From: Patescibacteria group bacterium
Lineage (GTDB): Bacteria; Patescibacteriota; Microgenomatia; UBA1400; PJMF01
Direction: 5' to 3'
Length of the DNA: 45,174 nt
NCBI GenBank assembly: GCA_036381335.1
Contig: DASVCZ010000010.1
Location: forward strand, 1 to 45,174
Shown: one piece after another, positions 37,098 through 43,960 of the stretch
How the letters are laid out: the number at the start of each line of letters is the position of its first letter
Position numbering within the stretch: the stretch's first letter is position 1
Made by a program: the position numbers and the translations under genes
The notes under the pieces: generated by a model
Seen by the model: the letters and a program-made list of their open reading frames with translations, nothing else
Told to the model about the DNA's origin: nothing
The model's database searches: none

Positions 37098-37736
37098 TTA
37101 TGGGTATTCAACTCCAATAACATTTAATAAAAGCTCAGTATTTAATTTACTAGAATCTCTGAGTTGATTAACAGTAATTTCGACAATTTCAGGTAGTCTT
37201 GCGAGTAAGGCATCACAATTAACGACCCAATTTCTCCCATCATTGTCACTATCCTCAAACACTTTGTGCTGTTTGGCGTAATCTAGACTTTCTTGTACTG
37301 AATTCTGAGTTCCTACATCAAAGTTAAAAGTAATTACTTGTTTTCCAGGTTGAACTGTCAAACGATGGGCTAACCAATTTCTAAAACCATTCCAAATTAG
37401 TTGCAAAGCATCACCACTGTCTGGTAATCCTAAATCTAATCCTGATTTTTGAATATTTTTCATAAAGTACAAAAATGATGCTGTTTCATCTTTACAAGAA
37501 CCATCATCTTCAAACTTATCTGGGCGAACAGTGCAGTAGTGAACCTTAGCTAGTAAATTCAGGCAGCTAAATAAGCTTAAAGCAATTACTATGTTACCTC
37601 CACCGATATTCTCTTCTTTGTGTTGCAAACTGTTGTTTCTTATATACACGAATGCTTTTAAATCGTTGAAAACTCCACCAACTCTGTCTTCAATATCATC
37701 AATACATTTTTCAACTACTAGTTTCTGATTTTCCAT
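37098..37736 (-). CDS. HEPN-domain protein (putative RNase) with an R-x4-H motif
   Basis: WNGFRNWLAHRL contains RNWLAH, which fits R-x4-H with Asn at +1, as in many HEPN RNases. The context appears helical. The protein is 212 aa and sits between the orphan large gene and the nuclease gene. Confidence 0.55.
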   Translation of the reverse strand: MENQKLVVEKCIDDIEDRVGGVFNDLKAFVYIRNNSLQHKEENIGGGNIVIALSLFSCLNLLAKVHYCTVRPDKFEDDGSCKDETASFLYFMKNIQKSGLDLGLPDSGDALQLIWNGFRNWLAHRLTVQPGKQVITFNFDVGTQNSVQESLDYAKQHKVFEDSDNDGRNWVVNCDALLARLPEIVEITVNQLRDSSKLNTELLLNVIGVEYP

Positions 37737-37761
37737 ATATTATACTTTCACATTGTCAAGA

Positions 37762-40158
37762 TTATTTTTTATTCTCATGATAAAAACCCACTATATTTTC
37801 ATCTGGTACAAATTCTATTTTTTCACCAGCTTGCATTATTACTAATTTGCTAAGATATGCTTTTTGAGCATCTCTATCACCCTTAGTTTGAAGCCATTCT
37901 GATGGATTTTCAACCCATTTTTCGACAATACCTGGGTTAGTTGCTAGGTCTTTTACTTTAATTCTTAGGTGCTGGAATAAGTAGTCTTCTGCATCTTCTT
38001 CAATTAAAGGATAGTGCTGAACAAATGTTCCTATTTTTCTAAAATCAAAAACAGCAAAGTAGGACGGTTTGCCCTCAATCTGGTAATTGTAAACTTTTAC
38101 TTTCTTTTCTCCCACAATAAACCAACCTTGTAAGTGAGGTTCTTTTTCTTCACCAGTTGGTTCAGTCCAATAAGGTTTAAACTTTTCTTGTTGCTCGAAG
38201 TAGTCAAACATTAAGTCTGTCGAGGCAAATATTACAGTACTTTTTGTAATTCTTATCCTTTCAAGCGCGGTTTCAATGCTAGAATCCTCTGTCACCTCAA
38301 GACTTTTGACAATATCATTCAAGATTACAGAATCTTCACCTTCACCAATGCCTCTACCATAACTTTTACCCCAATCACCGAAATCGACATGCCAATCGTC
38401 AAAGAATATTTCACGCCGCTCCAATTTGTCGTAGCCAATTAACGGTTTTTTAATTATTTTTTTATCTTGAACTCTGTCTTCAAACCGACCAAAAGATTTA
38501 AATTGTTTCCTTAGTTGAGCTGAGTACTTATAACCATCAAATACTTGCTGTTTAAACTCATCTATCCTCTTTTGGCTTAAGTCCTGCTGTTCTTTAAGCT
38601 GCTCAATTTTATCCTCAGCACTTTCCTTGATTTTTTCTAAAAATGGAATTAGTTTTTTATTTACCAACTCTTCACCTGCTTGCTTATCTTCCGCCAAGTC
38701 AAGCTCTTTTAGAATGCCCCAATCAGTAAAGGATTTTGTATTTGCAATTAAACCTTCGAGGAGGAATTTAACATCTGCTAGTTTTTGAGGTTCATTGAAT
38801 GGAATTACATATTCTTCGATGACAGGATACTTTGCTTCGCTAGAGTTTTGTGCGGTGGTAGTGGGATTTGCTTCAGCGTAAGGTTTTTCAGGTTTTAAAT
38901 ACTTTAACAACAGAAGTAAGAAGTATTTATCTTTGTATAAACCAGAATCATGGTGGTCATCCCAAAAAAATGGAAACCTATCAGAAAGTGTTTGAAAGAA
39001 AAACAAAACTGTCTCATTTAATGAAGTAGGATAAATATCATTACCGCCATAAGAAGCTCCTGCATCAGGTGGTTGTTTATACGACCAAATTTGTTTTATA
39101 AAAGATGCTTTTCCTTTGTATACAGCCCAAGCGCCTGCCAAAAACATGACACGCCTTAAGGTGTTATTTGCAAAGCATACTAATACTGCATTCTCTACGT
39201 CATCTTTGACTTTCTTAGCCTTTCTCTTATTTTGTGGATTTAGTTTTGGTCTAACTGCATCGATGTATTCTTGAAAGTCTTTTTTCCATTTTTCGAGCTG
39301 TTCTTGTGTAAGCACTGCTTTACCTTTATCAACAAGTTTTCTTTCCAATTTTGAAATGGAAATTTCATCAGCAAGTTTTCGGTATTCGTCTCGGTCTTGA
39401 GAAAGTAGTAAATCAGAATAATCCCACAGTTTGTCAACTGTGTATGTTGGAACATGAACACCATCGACTATATGACCTATTAACTCTTTAAAAATAACAG
39501 TTTCATTCTCATTTATTAGGTGTTTAATGTTCTCAAGTAAGTATGTGTTAAACAACTCTAAGTATTCCTCATAGAGAAAGCCACCTTTTCTTTTTCTGCC
39601 ATAGTCTTTAAATACAACATGTGTATACCACTCATAAGTGGCGGCTGAACTAGCAGAACTTTTCATCTTCAGCGATTCTCTGGAAAATTTCCATAGCTTT
39701 TTTAAAACTTCTTTGACCAACAATTCTGCTTGCTCCATTTCAGAGACTTTTTCGAGGAAAAAAGCTAATTGATAGCTCGCATGTCTAGTGACTTCTTCGT
39801 TTTCTGTCTTTAGGGATGTTTCAAAAACCCTGATAATCTGTTTGAGAATAAAACTGAAAGAAATCAGATATTTTTCTGGATAGAAACCTAGCCTGAATTG
39901 AGCATCATCTTTATTTTTTTGGAGTAGTGCCCAATATTCTTCGGCAAGCATTAGCTTGTCAAACTTGTCGGGGTCTTTATCTCTTAAATCTAGTAAAGAT
40001 TGAAATAGTTTCCCAATTTTTTGCAAGTCTGGGATAACTTCAGAGTTCCTTTTGTTTTTGGTAAGGAAAACTAGAATATCCCCAAGTCCTTCCAGCGACT
40101 CAATAAAATCTTTTTGCTGTTTTAGTGTTTTTTCAGTCGAAGATTTTTTCTGCTTCAT
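37762..40158 (-). CDS. Large (798 aa from ATG 40158; 811 aa from 40197) orphan protein of unknown function
   Basis: It is a long uninterrupted AT-rich ORF with no Walker A, helicase, methylase, RT or nuclease signature visible. There are K/E-rich helical stretches and a WDDHHDSG cluster. It overlaps the upstream membrane-protein gene by 26 nt. Confidence 0.7.
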   Translation of the reverse strand: MKQKKSSTEKTLKQQKDFIESLEGLGDILVFLTKNKRNSEVIPDLQKIGKLFQSLLDLRDKDPDKFDKLMLAEEYWALLQKNKDDAQFRLGFYPEKYLISFSFILKQIIRVFETSLKTENEEVTRHASYQLAFFLEKVSEMEQAELLVKEVLKKLWKFSRESLKMKSSASSAATYEWYTHVVFKDYGRKRKGGFLYEEYLELFNTYLLENIKHLINENETVIFKELIGHIVDGVHVPTYTVDKLWDYSDLLLSQDRDEYRKLADEISISKLERKLVDKGKAVLTQEQLEKWKKDFQEYIDAVRPKLNPQNKRKAKKVKDDVENAVLVCFANNTLRRVMFLAGAWAVYKGKASFIKQIWSYKQPPDAGASYGGNDIYPTSLNETVLFFFQTLSDRFPFFWDDHHDSGLYKDKYFLLLLLKYLKPEKPYAEANPTTTAQNSSEAKYPVIEEYVIPFNEPQKLADVKFLLEGLIANTKSFTDWGILKELDLAEDKQAGEELVNKKLIPFLEKIKESAEDKIEQLKEQQDLSQKRIDEFKQQVFDGYKYSAQLRKQFKSFGRFEDRVQDKKIIKKPLIGYDKLERREIFFDDWHVDFGDWGKSYGRGIGEGEDSVILNDIVKSLEVTEDSSIETALERIRITKSTVIFASTDLMFDYFEQQEKFKPYWTEPTGEEKEPHLQGWFIVGEKKVKVYNYQIEGKPSYFAVFDFRKIGTFVQHYPLIEEDAEDYLFQHLRIKVKDLATNPGIVEKWVENPSEWLQTKGDRDAQKAYLSKLVIMQAGEKIEFVPDENIVGFYHENKK

Positions 40159-40684
40159 TAAACAGTTGCTCCTTAACAAATGATGGACTACGAACATATT
40201 GAAGAATTAAATTAAAAAACAGGGCAAGTAGAACCATTGAGGCTATTGATAACAAAAAAGAGAATCCAGTTAACAAAAACGACTCAACTTTAAAGAAACT
40301 CAAAAATAGTAAATAAGTGATGTTTAAAAGCAATATGATTGCAAGCGCTCTAAAAAAAGGTTCTTTAATAAACCTGTTCATGATAATCTCAGATTTATAT
40401 CGGTCAGAAATTCTCGAAACTATATCTACTGACAAAGGTAGTAGCAGTGCGAGGATTGCAGTTTGAACTGTTAAGGCATCAGAAATAAAGCCACTGGCTT
40501 TTTCTGGTAGAGACAAATATGAAGGGGTGTCAGCACTTTCCGTTTTTTCAGTACCACTATTTCTATTTTCAATACTAACCTCAGATGTGTTACTGATAAT
40601 TACTCCATTCGAGCCGCCCGCATAAACAGGGCTAACCAGAAACAAAAAAACGGTTAGGATGATAGCAATTGATGTATTTCGCAT
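40133..40684 (-). CDS. Polytopic membrane protein (signal/TM, S/T/N/E-rich exposed segment, then 3 TM)
   Basis: MRNTSIAIILTVFLFLVSPVYAGG is followed by three hydrophobic helices. This is the first cargo gene after the XRE regulator. Confidence 0.6.
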   Translation of the reverse strand: MRNTSIAIILTVFLFLVSPVYAGGSNGVIISNTSEVSIENRNSGTEKTESADTPSYLSLPEKASGFISDALTVQTAILALLLPLSVDIVSRISDRYKSEIIMNRFIKEPFFRALAIILLLNITYLLFLSFFKVESFLLTGFSFLLSIASMVLLALFFNLILQYVRSPSFVKEQLFNEAEKIFD

Positions 40685-40736
40685 TACCTTCGGATTTTAT
40701 ATTGGTAACGCCAAATTATCAAATTGAAGTGGAGAA

Positions 40737-40952
40737 TCAATCAATATCAAAGAGGTCTTTTAGTTTTACCCCTAATGCTTTCGCTATTTTATAGGCAGTT
40801 TTTATAGAAATGTTTCTACCTTGCTCAATATCCCAAAAGTATGCTCTATGTAATCCAGCTTCTTCAGCAAGCTTTTCTTGAGTCAGCCCTTTTTCTTTGC
40901 GTAAGTACTCTATTCGTTCACCAACTCGTTTGTAAAAAAAATTGTAGTTCAT
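40737..40952 (-). CDS. XRE-family helix-turn-helix transcriptional regulator
   Basis: The 71-aa protein contains RIEYLRKEKGLTQEKLAEEAGLHRAYFWDIEQGRNISIKTAYKIAKALGV, the classic HTH_3 pattern. Confidence 0.88.
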   Translation of the reverse strand: MNYNFFYKRVGERIEYLRKEKGLTQEKLAEEAGLHRAYFWDIEQGRNISIKTAYKIAKALGVKLKDLFDID

Positions 40953-41042
40953 CTCTGCTACAGTAGATGATTGTTAGACATTTCTTTACCAGATTTATCT
41001 ATCTTTTTATGCTAAAATTATTGAAACAAAGGAAAATTATTT

Positions 41043-41468
41043 GTGAGTATAAACTCATTCAGAAAGGCAAAAATGTTCTTTAATAAGGATAAAAAAGAAG
41101 TAAACTTACTGTATGAAACTAGCTACATGGGTTCTAACATTAAAGTGTTTCCGAATAAGCTAGTTTTCAAAATGATGGGTATTGAACAATCAATTCCGAT
41201 TGGTCAAATTGCAAGTGTAGAACTAGGCATGCCAATGCTATGGCAAATAGTTGTAGAAACAACAGGAGGCAAGAAGTATAAAATACCCACTCGCAAAAAG
41301 AAGGAAGTGCAACAAGCTATCTATGACGCACAAGCAAGTGTAGGTGCTTCTCAAGGTAGTAGTTCCAGCTTGGCTGATGAACTTGAAAAGTTAAACGATT
41401 TGGTTGAAAAAGGAGTCTTAACAAAAGAAGAATTTGATAAAAAGAAAAAAGAACTACTTAACTCATAA
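41043..41468 (+). CDS. PH-like N-terminal domain + C-terminal SHOCT-domain protein
   Basis: The C-terminal LADELEKLNDLVEKGVLTKEEFDKKKKELL is a SHOCT motif. The track start is a GTG, and ATG M11 is an alternative. Confidence 0.6.
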   Translation: MSINSFRKAKMFFNKDKKEVNLLYETSYMGSNIKVFPNKLVFKMMGIEQSIPIGQIASVELGMPMLWQIVVETTGGKKYKIPTRKKKEVQQAIYDAQASVGASQGSSSSLADELEKLNDLVEKGVLTKEEFDKKKKELLNS

Positions 41469-41512
41469 TTACTCAAGTATTCAACTAGATAAATAGACCT
41501 TATTAAGTCATA

Positions 41513-41932
41513 ATGGGCTTTATGAGGTCATGTAATTACACAAAAGAACTGCTTAATGAGCTGTGTACACATATCGGTGCAGGGCTATCGAATAAAGATG
41601 CAGCTCTGTTAGCTGGCATTTCTGAATCAACTTTTTACCTCTGGCAATCAGATAAAGCAAATAATCCTCTCACAGTTGATGAGAAATTGGAGTTATTGGA
41701 GTCTATAAAAAAGGCAAGACTTGCTAGAAAGAAAAAGTTTATTGGCATAATTGAGAAAGCAGCCGAAACACACTGGCAAGCTGCAGCCTGGTATCTTGAA
41801 CGTGCTTATTTTGAAGAGTTTGGAAAAAAACCGACTGGATACCTGCCGCCCACTAATCAACCTGAAAAAAAGGTCTTTATTCTCCCAAGTAATGGTCGAG
41901 AGAAATTTAACGAACATGCAGTCACAGAATGA
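41513..41932 (+). CDS. Phage-type HTH DNA-binding protein (terminase-small-subunit-like; possible recombination directionality factor)
   Basis: AALLAGISESTFYLWQ is HTH-like. THWQAAAWYLERAYFEEFGKK resembles the (N)WQAAAWWLERR.PE.(Y/F)G motif of TerS-like phage proteins. It overlaps the recombinase start by 17 nt. Confidence 0.5.
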   Translation: MGFMRSCNYTKELLNELCTHIGAGLSNKDAALLAGISESTFYLWQSDKANNPLTVDEKLELLESIKKARLARKKKFIGIIEKAAETHWQAAAWYLERAYFEEFGKKPTGYLPPTNQPEKKVFILPSNGREKFNEHAVTE

Positions 41933-43628
41933 AAAACCAGCAGTTACTATTGAAGACCTCACAGATTTTTTCACAGAGCTTAATGCCTCACCTTACGACA
42001 AGATAGATGAAGCTGACTACAGATATGTGATTTACGCGAGAAAATCCACAAGTGGTGAAGAGCGGCAAGAACGTTCCTTAGCCGACCAAATTGCTGAATG
42101 TAACGCCTATGCACAACGACATGAGTTAAAGGTGGTTGGAGAGCCAATTCAAGAAGCTGAGAGCGCTAAAGAACCAGGAACTAGACCCAAATTTAGAAAA
42201 ATACTTGATGATATAAATGCTGGAAAGTATGAAGGCATTCTTTGCTGGCATCCAGATAGGTTAGCAAGAAACATGAAAGAAGCTGGAGAAATAATTGACT
42301 TGCTTGATAAAAAAATAGTTAAAAACCTTCATTTCGTTTCAATGGCTTTTACTAATGATACAGCTGGTATTACCACCTTAGGAATTTCATTTGTTTTATC
42401 GAAACAGTACTCGGACTCATTAAGTACTAATGTTAAACGCGGTAATCTAAGGAGTGTCATGCAAGGTAAGTGGCTTCATTCTGCTAAGCATGGATATTTA
42501 AAAGATAGAAATCAATTACTAAGACCAGACGGTAATAACTTTCATATCATAAAAGAAGCGTGGATGCTTAGAAACTCAGGCAAAACTCTTCAGTCTATTC
42601 AGAACTACATCAATAGTAATAATTTCACAAAGTCATCTAAAGATAAGCGAGGCAACTTACAACATAAACAATACCTAATGGACAAAAAACGCCTTTCGGA
42701 AATGTTTAGAGACCCCATTTATGCTGGTGTTATGGTTCATGGAAATGATGTGGTGAACCTAAATGAAATCTACGATTTTGAACCAATGGTATCTGCAGAA
42801 GAGTTTGCACATATTAACAAAACTACTGATTTGCATGGTTATCTTAAAAGGAAAGCGAGAGCAAGAAATCCTCAAAAAGTTAAAGCTAATTTGTTGCTTG
42901 GTAAGGTAATTTGTCATAGCTGTAGAGAACCACTATATGCAGGTATCACTGTTAAGAAGAAAAAAGATGGTACTAGAAAGAGTTACTTTTATTATCGATG
43001 TGAAACTTACGATTGTGTGGATAGGAATAAATCTACCAGAGCAAAAGTGGTAATGAACTTTGTTTACGACTTTTTAGATAAACACTCTTTTGATACGAAA
43101 GTAACTTACCAGCATTACTTAGATGAGATGAAGCTAGTGCAAACAAAAAAGCTAGCTGAGCTAAAAAGCACTAAGTCAGCTCTCCTGAATAAAAAACGAC
43201 ACTTAAAAAAGCAAACTGAAGAAATAAGGAAATTCTTATTAACTGAAAAAGAGGAACTAATTAAAAATCAATATCGGCATGACCTTATTGATAAATCGGC
43301 AAAGCTTGATGAAGTTGAAGAGCAACTGGTAATAACTGACAAGGAGTTAGCTAAAAACAAAGTAGGAGTTCACAGCTATAAAAGATTCCTCGAACTTACA
43401 AGTAAATTGCCAAAAGTCCTCAAGAAAACACGTTCTTTGGAGAAAAAAGACTATATTGTCGGAAAAATCTTCTCGAACTTTGTCGTTGATAGAAAAAAAG
43501 TATTGGATTATCAATTAGAAGAGCCATTTGCCACATTTGTGGAAAAGGGACTTTTTTTCCAAGTGTCGGAGAGACAGGACTCGAACCTGCGACCTCGCGC
43601 ACCCCATGCGCGCGTTCTAGCCATCTGA
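41916..43628 (+). CDS. Large serine recombinase (integrase); the last 21 codons or so are antisense to tRNA-Pro
   Basis: The resolvase-type catalytic region is YVIYARKSTSGEERQERSLADQ. There is a recombinase domain, the zinc-ribbon cysteines CHSCREPLYAG...YYRCETYDC, and a long coiled coil. I chose ATG 41916 (MQSQNEKP...) over the track start 41751, which overlaps the previous gene. Confidence 0.85.
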   Translation: MQSQNEKPAVTIEDLTDFFTELNASPYDKIDEADYRYVIYARKSTSGEERQERSLADQIAECNAYAQRHELKVVGEPIQEAESAKEPGTRPKFRKILDDINAGKYEGILCWHPDRLARNMKEAGEIIDLLDKKIVKNLHFVSMAFTNDTAGITTLGISFVLSKQYSDSLSTNVKRGNLRSVMQGKWLHSAKHGYLKDRNQLLRPDGNNFHIIKEAWMLRNSGKTLQSIQNYINSNNFTKSSKDKRGNLQHKQYLMDKKRLSEMFRDPIYAGVMVHGNDVVNLNEIYDFEPMVSAEEFAHINKTTDLHGYLKRKARARNPQKVKANLLLGKVICHSCREPLYAGITVKKKKDGTRKSYFYYRCETYDCVDRNKSTRAKVVMNFVYDFLDKHSFDTKVTYQHYLDEMKLVQTKKLAELKSTKSALLNKKRHLKKQTEEIRKFLLTEKEELIKNQYRHDLIDKSAKLDEVEEQLVITDKELAKNKVGVHSYKRFLELTSKLPKVLKKTRSLEKKDYIVGKIFSNFVVDRKKVLDYQLEEPFATFVEKGLFFQVSERQDSNLRPRAPHARVLAI

Positions 43629-43639
43629 ACTACTCTCCG
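43566..43639 (-). tRNA. tRNA-Pro (anticodon GGG), CCA not encoded
   Basis: The minus strand reads CGGAGAG-TA-GTTC-AGATGGCTA-GAAC-G-CGCGC-ATGGGGT-GCGCG-AGGTC-GCAGG-TTCGAGT-CCTGT-CTCTCCG-A. This is a full cloverleaf with the C1-G72 and A73 typical of bacterial tRNA-Pro. The AUGGGGU loop matches E. coli proL as I recall it. Confidence 0.9.
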
Positions 43640-43697
43640 TAAGGACTTTATTATACCGTTACTCTTCGCAAAGTCGAGCAGAGTGATTTTACTCCCA

Positions 43698-43733
43698 TTT
43701 TGCCACCTTCTTGCCACTTTCCACTAGTATGCT
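43698..43733 (+). promoter_or_regulatory. Conserved 20-mer plus -10-like TATGCT (copy 5 of 5), upstream of tRNA-like ncRNA-2
   Basis: TTTTGCCACCTTCTTGCCAC is at 43698-43717 and TATGCT at 43728-43733. Confidence 0.6.
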
Positions 43734-43739
43734 TGAGAA

Positions 43740-43944
43740 AGAGGTGGGCTCGGCAGGCGCTAGGCAAGTCTGATAAACTAGGCCTACCGGGTTCAATTCC
43801 CGGCGAGTCCACCTCTCTCTCGGATGAATCATATTGACAATAAAAGCGTATAGGCTACAATAAATCTACAGTTTATCAGACTTGCATTACCTAGCGCCTG
43901 TTAGGCAATTCAAATACCATCCTTAAGGGGTGGTTTTTTGTTTT
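43740..43944 (+). ncRNA. Unclassified structured RNA with a tRNA-Ala-like acceptor/T-arm core (paralog 2)
   Basis: The core is 43746-43813. GGGCTCG (43746-43752) pairs with CGAGTCC (43804-43810), giving G3.U70. The T-arm is CCGGG-TTCAATT-CCCGG (43787-43803), followed by A43811 and CC. The internal hairpin is AGGC-G-CTAG/CTAG-GCCT with the 14-nt loop GCAAGTCTGATAAA. Segment 43754-43778 is complementary (11 + 14 bp, with a 5-nt bulge) to 43871-43900. A terminator follows. Confidence 0.6.
43917..43944 (+). terminator. Intrinsic terminator of ncRNA-2 (possibly bidirectional with the convergent GT4 gene)
   Basis: CCATCC-TTAAG-GGGTGG hairpin followed by TTTTTTGTTTT. Confidence 0.7.
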
Positions 43945-43960
43945 CAGATCAGAGATGTTT

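Larger units (their letters stand above)
35500..43565. mobile_element. AT-rich integrative island of about 8 kb with a large serine recombinase, inserted between the recA promoter and the 3' end of tRNA-Pro(GGG); boundaries approximate
   Basis: Composition drops abruptly: spot counts of single 60-nt lines give about 35% GC inside and about 50% in flanking housekeeping genes. The contents are a serine recombinase, a TerS-like HTH protein, an XRE regulator, a SHOCT protein and nuclease-type cargo. The recombinase ORF runs into the tRNA. Confidence 0.65.

Noticed and set aside
41751-41915. The ORF track gives the recombinase ORF a 55-codon N-terminal extension.
   Set aside because: The extension overlaps the TerS-like HTH gene in another frame. 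The resolvase-type catalytic domain begins shortly after ATG 41916, which gives a typical 17-nt coupled overlap.
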